From sequence record PP886230: 64,000 nt of DNA; one strand, given 5' to 3'. Below are positions 9,786 to 18,630 of this stretch, piece after piece. The position numbers and the translations under genes are program-made. Positions within the stretch are counted from its first letter, which is position 1. Each line of letters begins with the position of its first letter. The notes under the pieces are model-generated. The model was not told the DNA's origin. It saw only the letters and a list, made by a program, of their open reading frames with translations, and did not search any database. Origin of the DNA: Escherichia phage vB_EcoM_E9.1.

Positions 9786-10169
9786 ATGGTTGATAAATGG
9801 AATAAGAAAGATCCATCACATGATGTTGATATTTCTGGTCTAGACAATGCACATAAGCACAAGTATCTAGATTCACTAGGTCTTCTAAAACCAGACCAAA
9901 GTCTTGCACATGATCGTCCATCCCGTGAAAAAGCATTTAGCCTAGAATCACTAGGTCATGAGCTTAATCGTGTGTTTGAGGATCACCCAATCTATGTACG
10001 TGATATTATCGAGAAACTTAAAGTAACTCCTAAAGAGCACTTTAAAGCAACTGTACACTCTGCATTCCGTGCATTACATGAATCTCTAAAGAAAACTCAC
10101 AATCTTCGTAAAATTCATGATGAAATCGTGAATGCAATCGAAAGTGAAAAACATAAGTTCAAGAAGTAA
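9786..10169 (+). CDS. hypothetical protein; shares SLGLL..PKE motif with 10415 ORF
   Basis: RBS aggag; local paralogy. Confidence 0.55.
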   Translation: MVDKWNKKDPSHDVDISGLDNAHKHKYLDSLGLLKPDQSLAHDRPSREKAFSLESLGHELNRVFEDHPIYVRDIIEKLKVTPKEHFKATVHSAFRALHESLKKTHNLRKIHDEIVNAIESEKHKFKK

Positions 10170-10174
10170 TAAAA

Positions 10175-10215
10175 AGGGGTTGACTAAGGTCAGCCCTTTG
10201 TTGTATCATAAATTC
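10175..10215 (+). terminator. terminator/promoter hybrid element (variant)
   Basis: GGGTTGACtaagGTCAGCCCttt. Confidence 0.5.
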
Positions 10216-10238
10216 TCAATATAACTGAGGTATCATAT

Positions 10239-10352
10239 ATGCAAGGTTTGAAATTTGTAGTTGCTGCACTCATCGCCGCAGTACTGGTTGGTGGTGTATT
10301 CTATGTAGTGGATCAAAAAGTAAATCCACCTGCACAAGAACAATCTAAGTAA
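10239..10352 (+). CDS. small hydrophobic peptide (37 aa)
   Basis: short ORF MQGLKFVVAALIAAVLVGGVFYVV with RBS, between two terminator/promoter elements; coordinates approximate. Confidence 0.4.
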   Translation: MQGLKFVVAALIAAVLVGGVFYVVDQKVNPPAQEQSK

Positions 10353-10356
10353 CAAA

Positions 10357-10392
10357 ATAAGGTTGACTTCGGTCAGCCTTTTCTTTATACTA
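10357..10392 (+). terminator. terminator/promoter hybrid element
   Basis: GGTTGACttcgGTCAGCCttttc then TATACT. Confidence 0.55.
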
Positions 10393-10414
10393 TAAATATA
10401 GACATAGAGAAAAA

Positions 10415-11692
10415 ATGAAATCTATGGAGAGAAATCAAATGCCAAGTAATTTTACTGATAAAAATGGTGGTAACATGGCTGGTCACTCTGATAAATGGAG
10501 TGAACGCAACCGCCGTCCAAATAGTTATCAAGCAGGTCAAGGTTCACGTGGATCACGTAACCAAGGAACTGGTCTAGCTGGTAAAGCAAACGCAGAAGCA
10601 GGTGAAGTTAAGAGTACTGAGAACATGACTGAGCTAGAAAAGCTACGTTATGTTAATTCATTGGGACTTCTTAATGCTACACAAAAACAACGCCTAGCTG
10701 ATATGGAACGTGAAGAAAAAGAAAAATCTGCTCCTGCTAAAGAAGAACCAAAACAAGAAGCACCAAAGGCGGTTAACCCTGTCAAAGAACTGTCGGATAA
10801 GTTAGGTAAGATTTTTGCTAATAAACCACAACTTATCCAAGGTATTGTGAAAGAATTGCAATCTGTACCTAAAGAAGAATTAAAAGTCAAAGCACAAGCT
10901 GTGCTTGATGCAATGAGTGGAAATACCAGTACTGAACCAACTGAAGTATTCAGTACTATAATGCGTGCACTTGAAGGTACGCAACAAGGTGATGTGCCTG
11001 CACAAGAGGAAGTAAGTCTTGAAAGCGTACTTAAAACATTTGATAGTATTGGTAAAGAAGACCGTGCTAATGCTCAACAAGTTAAGAATGTACTAGCTAA
11101 GTTAGAAAACCGTCTGGAAGGTAAAGACGATAAGATTAAATTAGTATCTGATGCAGTTAACGATGCACTTAAATCTTATGTACAAGGTGAAAAGAGTCGT
11201 TTTGTAACTGCAATGGATGCTGCATTCAATACTATGAAAAAGTATGAAGCTGATCATGGTGAGAAGGTTACACGAGATGGTTATCTGATGCGTGATGATG
11301 AAGAAGGTGCAGTAGAACAGAACGATGTTCATTCAGACGAAGAAATTGATGACATGGAAGCTGAACTGTCACAAGACCGCCAAATGACTGAAAAATCCCA
11401 TAACGAACTACAGAAATTAATGCAATGGGTTGCAGATGTTGGTGAAAAAGCTGGTGCTGATAAGAAGAGTATAAACCGAAATCTTAGTTGGATTAAAGAT
11501 AAAGTTGGTAACAACGCTCGTAAACTACAAAAAGCGTGGACTGATGTAGTGAATGGTGCTGTTGACATTGATGTTGAATCCGGTGAGGCATATGATTATG
11601 CATTGACTACACTTGATGACTCTTTCCGTGATTACGAAAATGGAAATGTAACTCCTTGGGAAAAGGACATCATGAGCAAATACGGTAAATGA
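10415..11692 (+). CDS. acidic charged protein (425 aa)
   Basis: long ORF, low-complexity charged regions. Confidence 0.6.
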   Translation: MKSMERNQMPSNFTDKNGGNMAGHSDKWSERNRRPNSYQAGQGSRGSRNQGTGLAGKANAEAGEVKSTENMTELEKLRYVNSLGLLNATQKQRLADMEREEKEKSAPAKEEPKQEAPKAVNPVKELSDKLGKIFANKPQLIQGIVKELQSVPKEELKVKAQAVLDAMSGNTSTEPTEVFSTIMRALEGTQQGDVPAQEEVSLESVLKTFDSIGKEDRANAQQVKNVLAKLENRLEGKDDKIKLVSDAVNDALKSYVQGEKSRFVTAMDAAFNTMKKYEADHGEKVTRDGYLMRDDEEGAVEQNDVHSDEEIDDMEAELSQDRQMTEKSHNELQKLMQWVADVGEKAGADKKSINRNLSWIKDKVGNNARKLQKAWTDVVNGAVDIDVESGEAYDYALTTLDDSFRDYENGNVTPWEKDIMSKYGK

Positions 11693-11696
11693 TAAA

Positions 11697-11735
11697 ACAA
11701 AAGGTTGACTTCGGTCAGCCTTTTTTTGTAAATAC
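11697..11735 (+). terminator. terminator/promoter hybrid element
   Basis: aaaGGTTGACttcgGTCAGCCttttttt. Confidence 0.55.
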
Positions 11736-11763
11736 AAAAGAGGAATTAAGAAGAGGGATTACA

Positions 11764-12015
11764 ATGAAAAAATATATTATATTTGGAATTGTATTATTTT
11801 CCAGTACTGCTTATGGTGCAGATTATCATTGCTCCGTAGCAAGGCAGGATTTCAGAAATGGGGAGTTCTATACTACCTCATACACAAAAGGAATAATACA
11901 CGACACCGACAGAACTATTGGATTTAATGCGTTTGACAACAAAGATTCATATACTTCAGGTATACTATCTGAGCGTAAGACTGATGTAATGGGAATAGAA
12001 AAAGAGTTCCGGTGA
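11764..12015 (+). CDS. small secreted protein
   Basis: internal ATG (MKKYIIFGIVLFSSTAYGA) with RBS aggaatt; signal peptide. Confidence 0.5.
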   Translation: MKKYIIFGIVLFSSTAYGADYHCSVARQDFRNGEFYTTSYTKGIIHDTDRTIGFNAFDNKDSYTSGILSERKTDVMGIEKEFR

Positions 12016-12025
12016 TTCAGTAGCA

Positions 12026-12325
12026 ATGTGCAATGGCATTGAAAGTACTAAAACAATTTATTATAATAATGAACGTAACTATCGTTTTCATAATTTAACC
12101 ACAAATAAAAGTTTACTATTTTACAATTGTAAAGAAGTAATACTCCCATCAGACAATAGCTGTACTCCAACTAATCAACCCCCAGCACAATGTAATACTC
12201 CCTCTGAACCTGATAAAAATAAAAAAGACAAAAAACCTTTAAAAGATAAAAAGAAAGATAAAAAACCTAATCCGTTTAAAAATAATAAACAAGCACAACC
12301 CGATATGACGTGTAAAATAAAATAA
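12026..12325 (+). CDS. hypothetical protein, Lys-rich C-terminus
   Basis: ORF. Confidence 0.4.
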   Translation: MCNGIESTKTIYYNNERNYRFHNLTTNKSLLFYNCKEVILPSDNSCTPTNQPPAQCNTPSEPDKNKKDKKPLKDKKKDKKPNPFKNNKQAQPDMTCKIK

Positions 12326-12334
12326 GGATATATA

Positions 12335-12754
12335 ATGAAAAAGATTTTTTTAAGTATTATTTTAGTACTTTTTAGTTTTAATGTATATGCAGCAGATGCT
12401 AAACAGGTTGCAAATACAGTAAAAGATGTTATAGTAGATAATGCTCCTACATTAGAGGAAATTGGGGTAAAAACTTGTGATATAGTAATATATAATTTAG
12501 TTAATGATGAACGAGTTATGTTGAATACGTATGAACAAGTAGTCCCATTGGTTGAATCTGGTGATGCTTTTAGCTTTACATATAAAGTTAAATTAACAGG
12601 AGGGGTTGAAGTTAATCTTGACATTGATACCGCTTCAGTACTAAAAGATAAACTAGGATATGTGTTCAATCGTATTCGTGAAGAAGGTCATCTTAAGTAT
12701 GTTTATGAAAGTAAAATACTAAAACGTGCAATAGTTATAGAAAACTGTAAATGA
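12335..12754 (+). CDS. secreted protein (signal peptide)
   Basis: N-terminus MKKIFLSIILVLFSFNVYA. Confidence 0.55.
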   Translation: MKKIFLSIILVLFSFNVYAADAKQVANTVKDVIVDNAPTLEEIGVKTCDIVIYNLVNDERVMLNTYEQVVPLVESGDAFSFTYKVKLTGGVEVNLDIDTASVLKDKLGYVFNRIREEGHLKYVYESKILKRAIVIENCK

Positions 12755-12760
12755 TAATAA

Positions 12761-12795
12761 AAGGGTTGACTTCGGTCAGCCTTTTTTGTTATGAT
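12761..12795 (+). terminator. terminator/promoter hybrid element
   Basis: aaGGGTTGACttcgGTCAGCCtttttt then TATGAT. Confidence 0.55.
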
Positions 12796-12823
12796 GTTGG
12801 TATTAACTACAGAGGATAAAGTA

Positions 12824-13465
12824 ATGACTAAGCAAGACATATTCAAAACTTTAATTGACATTTTGCGTCCATCAAAAACTCGTTGTGCGATGGAGTTTGA
12901 TATTCCTTATGCTGAACGCGTAATCTTTCCACAAGTTAAAGCTGCTGGACTTACTTTGCTTGGAATGGGGATGTACTCTGTAGTAGTTGAACATAAAAAC
13001 TATCCTGGGCGTGCATTTAAAGTAACCACTTCACGCTGGGATGGTTTTCGTGCTTATGCAAAGTACTGCATTGAAAACGCAGGAACCAAGTTTCTTCCAG
13101 TGATCTACAGTGCAAACGAACAAGGAAACTTTGGATGGTATGAGATGGACAAGTACTATCCTATAATTAAACAAAAAAATAATTATGATGACTTTGTTAG
13201 TACTAAAATTGGAGATTTATATTCTTATGCACATGCTGGTCAGTACGCTACTTCAGTGAATGATATGCGTGGAAATTCTGAAGAGATTGCTATTGCGACG
13301 GTCGCTGCTAACATCATGAAAGAGTTTCACGGGCGTTTTGTACCAGACATTCATTCCAGTAATGTCATGATGGATAAAGATGGCAATGTATTCATTACTG
13401 ATCCTCTTTCGTGTGATGTACGTAGAGAAATACCAGTTACTGAAGAAGATCCAGTTTTTTATTGA
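12824..13465 (+). CDS. protein-kinase-like protein
   Basis: Gly-rich loop LLGMGMYSVVV, Lys motif AFKV, catalytic-loop-like DIHSSN, ITDP; start refined to ATG with RBS agagga. Confidence 0.5.
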   Translation: MTKQDIFKTLIDILRPSKTRCAMEFDIPYAERVIFPQVKAAGLTLLGMGMYSVVVEHKNYPGRAFKVTTSRWDGFRAYAKYCIENAGTKFLPVIYSANEQGNFGWYEMDKYYPIIKQKNNYDDFVSTKIGDLYSYAHAGQYATSVNDMRGNSEEIAIATVAANIMKEFHGRFVPDIHSSNVMMDKDGNVFITDPLSCDVRREIPVTEEDPVFY

Positions 13466-13526
13466 CAGAACTGATGTTCTGGTGTATTCTTAATAAACCA
13501 TAAAAATTGCGGTAAAGGATAAAATC

Positions 13527-13808
13527 ATGCGTTCATTTGAAAACTTAATAGGTAAGCATCTTTTATCTGAAATTGATGCAGACGTTAAAGAATTATCCAA
13601 ATCAAAAAGTTACATTCATTTGGATGAACTGTTTATTAAGTACGGTGAGATTGGTTTTAAGTCATTATTTGTTTTTACTATGAAAGTACATAGTTTAAAG
13701 TACTTCGATTTGAGTGCTAAAGATGGTGAACCGAATCTATATTACATGTATTACCTTAAGAACAAAGATGAAGCTAATACATTACTCTCTGAATATATAT
13801 TGGGGTAA
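13527..13808 (+). CDS. hypothetical protein (93 aa)
   Basis: ORF with RBS aaagga. Confidence 0.5.
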   Translation: MRSFENLIGKHLLSEIDADVKELSKSKSYIHLDELFIKYGEIGFKSLFVFTMKVHSLKYFDLSAKDGEPNLYYMYYLKNKDEANTLLSEYILG

Positions 13809-13810
13809 AA

Positions 13811-14149
13811 ATGGAACAATATTTTGAATTAATAAACAAAGTATCATTTTATGTAGTATCTTTGGTTTGGGTGTATTATATGTTTTGCTACATTATTGCA
13901 TTCTTCCGATACACTACTTTATATGAACGTATCTATTATGATGCCCCAATTTCATTCTTGATGTTTTGTGCATGTACGTGGGGAATATTAGAAGTACTGA
14001 TATGTGGGTATAGTACTGATGAATTAAATCTGGTATCGGTCTTGACTGGGTTTTCATTTGTTGTTATGATAGCTGCCGTTCCAGTATGGTTGTTCTTTGG
14101 ACTAGTTCATCGCATTGATATATGGCGTTCTAATATCCCTGAAAAGTAA
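13811..14149 (+). CDS. small polytopic membrane protein, paralog family A
   Basis: 3-4 hydrophobic helices; C-terminal R..NIPEK tail. Confidence 0.55.
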   Translation: MEQYFELINKVSFYVVSLVWVYYMFCYIIAFFRYTTLYERIYYDAPISFLMFCACTWGILEVLICGYSTDELNLVSVLTGFSFVVMIAAVPVWLFFGLVHRIDIWRSNIPEK

Positions 14150-14158
14150 GGATTGGTA

Positions 14159-14500
14159 ATGATTTATTACACTAACATGTTTGCCTATGCTGTTGCTTGC
14201 ATTTACATTGTGTACTTCTTATTCGGTGGAGTACTGTGCTTCTTTAAGTACAAAACGTTGTTCAACCGAATGTACCCAAATCATCCAATTGTGGTTGTAC
14301 TTTTGATTCTTTCAGTTTCTCAAATAATAGTTGAAACTACAATGGGTATCAGTAGTGTACATTATAGTTTTGGTACTATAGTAATTATTACTATGCTTAT
14401 TGCATACATTTTAGTACTTGGATATGGTATCTTTGGTAATATTGGTATGAAAATGTATCATCGAATTAAAACATTACGTGATAATCTACCGGAGCGTTGA
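14159..14500 (+). CDS. small polytopic membrane protein, paralog family A
   Basis: C-terminal R.NLPER; track start is an upstream TTG. Confidence 0.55.
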   Translation: MIYYTNMFAYAVACIYIVYFLFGGVLCFFKYKTLFNRMYPNHPIVVVLLILSVSQIIVETTMGISSVHYSFGTIVIITMLIAYILVLGYGIFGNIGMKMYHRIKTLRDNLPER

Positions 14501-14501
14501 T

Positions 14502-14846
14502 ATGTATAATTTGAACCTAATCTCATATATTATAACAACACTGTTTACATTCTATGCCTTTGTTGGTATAATCCTACTGTACTTTAAATTTTATAAAGTG
14601 TTTAACCGTTTCTATCCTTCAATGGAGAATGAGTTTTTCTTTGTGTTGTACGTAGGTTACACATTAATGGCTACATGTTTCACTGTAGCCGATGGTGTCA
14701 TCGGCATTAAAACTGATTCCCCAAATGGTAGTACGCTGGTTGCATTTATTCTTACTGGATTCCTTGCAACTTATATTGCCTTCATTACAACATGGTCAGT
14801 GGTTGAATTTCTCTTGCGACTACGAAAGAATATGCCGAATCGATAG
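14502..14846 (+). CDS. small polytopic membrane protein, paralog family A
   Basis: C-terminal RKNMPNR; internal ATG with RBS ggagcg. Confidence 0.55.
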   Translation: MYNLNLISYIITTLFTFYAFVGIILLYFKFYKVFNRFYPSMENEFFFVLYVGYTLMATCFTVADGVIGIKTDSPNGSTLVAFILTGFLATYIAFITTWSVVEFLLRLRKNMPNR

Positions 14847-14855
14847 GAGACATAT

Positions 14856-15110
14856 ATGTTTGCGTTGCGTAATAAAAACACTAAAGAATTATTATGTATT
14901 GATACCGTATGGGATTGTGCGGGGTCAACTACAGTTCTTGAAGAAGGAACTGGATATTGCGTGTTTGTTGTACATGATAGGAATGAACTCGAATTATTAC
15001 TTGCTGAGTTCAATGCTGGTGGTAATCCTAACAGTACTGAATACCCTGAGATTATCAATCCAGCACCACCAGGCTCTTATGAAATTCTACAACTGTGGGA
15101 GTTGAAGTAA
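14856..15110 (+). CDS. hypothetical protein (84 aa)
   Basis: RBS aggaga. Confidence 0.5.
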   Translation: MFALRNKNTKELLCIDTVWDCAGSTTVLEEGTGYCVFVVHDRNELELLLAEFNAGGNPNSTEYPEIINPAPPGSYEILQLWELK

Positions 15111-15490
15111 TGCGTCAAATGCACAAAGTAACCGAGCTAAACAAGCGTCTGGTTAAACAATCAATGTTCGAGGATAAAGAGTCTTATTATAACTTTAAAC
15201 GTGCTGTAGAGGCTGCTATCCACATTCAGAAGCTTAAAGAACGTGGTTGTATTATTCTGGAAAATGGGTCGGAAGTTGTAACGGATGACTTTAGTGTAGC
15301 GTTTGATGTTTCACCTGACGGGACGCTATCAATGCCCCGCTTAGGAACTGGAAACATGACTGTTTGGGTTGGCTTCACTATGGGGAATGTACCTGGTACT
15401 GTGTACGTAGATGATGCGGAATTGAAAGACAGTTTCAAAAACTTATCTTATCTTGAACCACAATACGCACATGAAATGAATTTATTTTGA
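15110..15490 (+). CDS. hypothetical protein
   Basis: ATG overlapping upstream stop (TAATG). Confidence 0.5.
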   Translation: MRQMHKVTELNKRLVKQSMFEDKESYYNFKRAVEAAIHIQKLKERGCIILENGSEVVTDDFSVAFDVSPDGTLSMPRLGTGNMTVWVGFTMGNVPGTVYVDDAELKDSFKNLSYLEPQYAHEMNLF

Positions 15491-15491
15491 G

Positions 15492-15548
15492 TTGACAAAC
15501 ACATTCAGTACTGTATAATGCTTATCAAGGGGATGAACTTCTCATCCC
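15492..15548 (+). promoter_or_regulatory. promoter plus 5' stem-loop (PeSL-like)
   Basis: TTGACA - 16 nt - TATAAT then GGGGATGA-acttc-TCATCCC hairpin. Confidence 0.6.
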
Positions 15549-15566
15549 TACAATCGAGGAACTACC

Positions 15567-16121
15567 ATGATTACTTTTAAGAAAACTGCTAACCACATCC
15601 ATGAAATCTACATTAACGGTCACAAAGCTGGCCTTCTTCGTTTACTCGCCCATCATCCTGATGTTACCGTATCTGATAATGAACCTAAAGATTGGCGTGT
15701 ATTTTTCTTTGGAAAGTACAGTGATTTTCAAGTATCAAACCTGAAGAACATTCGTTCAGTATGCACGTTAACTGAAATTAAAGAAAAGTTAGAAAAAGCA
15801 TTGAAAACTAATCCAGATGGTGTTCTTCCACCTGATAACTTTGTAGAGAAAGGTTATGCATTAGCTCATTTCAAAGATGGTACTATTCAATCTATCAGTA
15901 CTGAATATGAATATCAATGGACTGAGTACTTCACTTATGGATCGCGTAATACATTGATGGCTTCACGTAGTAAATTGGAAGAAGTACTGACTCGTATGAA
16001 TGAACGCGAGCGTCAATTTTATGACAAACCAGAAATGTGGAGTTCAACTTACATTGACCGTATTGACTATGTTATTATGACTCCAATCTTTGACACTGCT
16101 TACTATGATTCTTTGAAATAA
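15567..16121 (+). CDS. hypothetical protein (184 aa)
   Basis: ORF after promoter plus 5' hairpin at ~15492-15548. Confidence 0.55.
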   Translation: MITFKKTANHIHEIYINGHKAGLLRLLAHHPDVTVSDNEPKDWRVFFFGKYSDFQVSNLKNIRSVCTLTEIKEKLEKALKTNPDGVLPPDNFVEKGYALAHFKDGTIQSISTEYEYQWTEYFTYGSRNTLMASRSKLEEVLTRMNERERQFYDKPEMWSSTYIDRIDYVIMTPIFDTAYYDSLK

Positions 16122-16132
16122 GGATAACTTAT

Positions 16133-16309
16133 ATGAAACTACGTACTCGTAATCGACTGATGGATGCACTGTACCATGAACAGCTTTCACTGAATGAAGT
16201 GAAGCGTCAGTTAATGTACACATATCTGTTACCCGCTCGCATTGCAAAACAACGTGCTAAAGAATTGCTGAAAGAAGCAATCGAGTACTGGGAATCTGAT
16301 TCGTACTAA
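16133..16309 (+). CDS. hypothetical small protein (58 aa)
   Basis: short ORF with RBS aaggata, not in track; coordinates approximate. Confidence 0.4.
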   Translation: MKLRTRNRLMDALYHEQLSLNEVKRQLMYTYLLPARIAKQRAKELLKEAIEYWESDSY

Positions 16310-16313
16310 TATT

Positions 16314-16685
16314 ATGAATATAGATTTGAAAGGTGCAACACGAACTGTTATCCTTATTGGGGATTATGCTATCAAGATTCCAACCTTCAAAAGCTGGAAG
16401 TTATTCTTGACAGGAATGATAGCTAACCTCAATGAACGTTCGTGGATGCAGTACTCCAATCGTAGTGATAGTAGTATCTGTCCTACGTTGTGGTCATCAT
16501 GTACTGGACTAGTAACTGTACAGAAACGTTGTAAGCCAGTGCAACATAGGGGTTTATTTTGGGTGGAGTTGTGTGCTTTAGCATTGAATTCAGAGTTAAG
16601 TACTGACTTCTTCTATTCAGATGCGAAGCCAGAAAACTTTGGGTATCTGTGTGGTAAGTTGGTTAAACTTGATTATGGAGATTAA
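16314..16685 (+). CDS. mini protein-kinase-like protein
   Basis: GDYAIKIP (Lys motif), DAKPEN catalytic-loop signature, LDYG (DFG-like). Confidence 0.5.
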   Translation: MNIDLKGATRTVILIGDYAIKIPTFKSWKLFLTGMIANLNERSWMQYSNRSDSSICPTLWSSCTGLVTVQKRCKPVQHRGLFWVELCALALNSELSTDFFYSDAKPENFGYLCGKLVKLDYGD

Positions 16686-16686
16686 T

Positions 16687-16956
16687 ATGTACGCACTGTA
16701 TAATAAAGAAAAGAAACGATTTGCTAAGGTTGAAATTTCGATTGATACATTTGACATGTTGGAGTACTGTATTGTAACGGACCTATATGCTAACTTGTAT
16801 TACGTTCTTGATGACGTATCAGTACTGCAACGATTGCTTGAGAATTCCAAAAGCCAATGCCAGGGCATCTATGATGGTTCATCTTATGAAACACCTGAGT
16901 GTTCCTACGGCTATCTGGACGGGTATGAGATTGTGAAGTTGGGGATTGTTGAATAA
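16687..16956 (+). CDS. hypothetical protein
   Basis: internal ATG with ggag RBS inside track ORF 16621-16956. Confidence 0.45.
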   Translation: MYALYNKEKKRFAKVEISIDTFDMLEYCIVTDLYANLYYVLDDVSVLQRLLENSKSQCQGIYDGSSYETPECSYGYLDGYEIVKLGIVE

Positions 16957-17046
16957 ATGGATTAAACAATGAAGAAGTGTATGATTCTTTGTTCTAATCA
17001 CCATCGCATGGTACATTCTGGTAGACTATGTTTGATTGAAAGAAAA

Positions 17047-17082
17047 AAAGGGTTGACTTCAGTCGGCCCTTTTTGCTATAAT
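17047..17082 (+). terminator. terminator/promoter hybrid element upstream of denV
   Basis: GGGTTGACttcaGTCGGCCCttttt GC TATAAT. Confidence 0.6.
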
Positions 17083-17110
17083 CATTTCATCGAAACGAGA
17101 GGATGAATAC

Positions 17111-17626
17111 ATGACACGCATTAACTTAGTACACGTTAAAGAACTTGCTGACCAACATCTGATGGCTGAATATCGTGAACTCCCACGTGTATTTGGTGCT
17201 GTACAAAAACACGTTCAAGCACGTAAGCGTGTACGTGATTTCAAAATTAACAGTACTTATCTGTTAGGTTCAGGTCATGTAACATTTTTCTACGACAAGT
17301 TACTGTACTTACAGAAGCGTCATATTGATATTGTCAACGAATGTCTGCGTCGTGGTATGAAGATTCAAAACACTGAAGTAAACGACATTAGCGGCTTCCC
17401 TGCTGAGTTTTGTAATGACTATGTACCATCGGAGTCAGAGATTAAAATGTCTCGTGATCGTTTGATTGAGAAGCTCCAGATGAAGCCTACGTGGTATAAG
17501 TTTACTGATGTTGAATGTCCACAGTACGTTAAAGATATGCAGAACGTAAGTAGTAAGAACGAATCTAGTACTGATATGTTCGACGAAATTGAAGAACAAA
17601 TCAAAGATGAAATGAATAATTATTAA
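17111..17626 (+). CDS. denV: pyrimidine-dimer DNA glycosylase (T4 endonuclease V homolog)
   Basis: strong similarity by recall to T4 EndoV: [53 protein letters not shown]. Confidence 0.9.
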   Translation: MTRINLVHVKELADQHLMAEYRELPRVFGAVQKHVQARKRVRDFKINSTYLLGSGHVTFFYDKLLYLQKRHIDIVNECLRRGMKIQNTEVNDISGFPAEFCNDYVPSESEIKMSRDRLIEKLQMKPTWYKFTDVECPQYVKDMQNVSSKNESSTDMFDEIEEQIKDEMNNY

Positions 17627-17664
17627 AGGAAAGGATTGACTTCGGTTACACAAAGGAACATAAC

Positions 17665-17859
17665 ATGTTATTAGTATATTCAAAGCGTTTCTGGATTTCT
17701 TTTATTGTACTATCGCTAATCGGCTTCGGTTTGAGTATACTCTTTTCGTGGGATGAATTGGGTACATGGTATTATGAAGTACCGTGGTACATGAAGATAG
17801 CTCCTTGTTATGCGGCATTGTTCGTGTCATTCCTTATTGTTGTCTTCAGCGAGGATTAG
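17665..17859 (+). CDS. small membrane protein
   Basis: hydrophobic helices. Confidence 0.5.
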   Translation: MLLVYSKRFWISFIVLSLIGFGLSILFSWDELGTWYYEVPWYMKIAPCYAALFVSFLIVVFSED

Positions 17860-17910
17860 TTGATGTAGTATGTGCTACACCAAAGTATTTGGATATTTGA
17901 GATATAAACA

Positions 17911-17939
17911 TTGACACCTGTTCTATCTTTCTGTATTAT
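17911..17939 (+). promoter_or_regulatory. sigma70-type promoter
   Basis: TTGACA - 17 nt - TG-TATTAT. Confidence 0.55.
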
Positions 17940-17965
17940 GTACATCACCAAATGAGGAATACAAC

Positions 17966-18325
17966 ATGGCATCTTTAAGTGAAATCGCGGAATACAACCC
18001 ACTAACAATCTCAACAATTCAACGTACAAAAACTTTTTATTTCCGTCCTGCTGATGGATGGAAACGTGGAATGAATGGTGACTATCGAGTACTGGAAGAT
18101 TCGCTCATCGAGCGTATCAACTCTGAACTACAGAAGTATGAAGGTGTTAAAGTTGTGCGTTCAACTTCTCGTTATTTTGAGTACTACATTGAGTCTTCAA
18201 CTGTAAATGAAAACTCATCATTCTCGGTGGACAACACTGATATTCTTCGTAATGCAGTTGGTCTGTTATGCAACATTGCAGAAGAAATGGGCTTAACTAT
18301 TACTACTATGAGTGAATTAGAATAA
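17966..18325 (+). CDS. hypothetical protein (119 aa)
   Basis: promoter at 17911-17939; RBS gagga. Confidence 0.55.
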   Translation: MASLSEIAEYNPLTISTIQRTKTFYFRPADGWKRGMNGDYRVLEDSLIERINSELQKYEGVKVVRSTSRYFEYYIESSTVNENSSFSVDNTDILRNAVGLLCNIAEEMGLTITTMSELE

Positions 18326-18328
18326 CAT

Positions 18329-18364
18329 AAAGGGTTGACTTCGGTCAGCCCTTTTTGCTATAAT
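18329..18364 (+). terminator. terminator/promoter hybrid element
   Basis: aaGGGTTGACttcgGTCAGCCCttttt GC TATAAT. Confidence 0.6.
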
Positions 18365-18390
18365 TATTTTATCGAAACGAGAGGTAATAC

Positions 18391-18630
18391 ATGAAACTAT
18401 CTTTTATACGTTTAGCAGAATTCTTCGGTACTGATATTATTACTTTACAACAAATTGCAGACAATACTTCATTAAGTACACAAGAAGTACTTGACTTAGA
18501 TGTAATTCAGTGCGATAATACTTCCATTGATTTCAAAGAAGGTCTTGTCGAAAAAGATAAGATTCAAGCTAAGATTAATGGTGCTGGACGGGTTCAGTAC
18601 TGGAAAGGAGTTTTAAGTAATGCCAGCTAA
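18391..18630 (+). CDS. hypothetical protein (79 aa)
   Basis: ORF after terminator/promoter element. Confidence 0.5.
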   Translation: MKLSFIRLAEFFGTDIITLQQIADNTSLSTQEVLDLDVIQCDNTSIDFKEGLVEKDKIQAKINGAGRVQYWKGVLSNAS

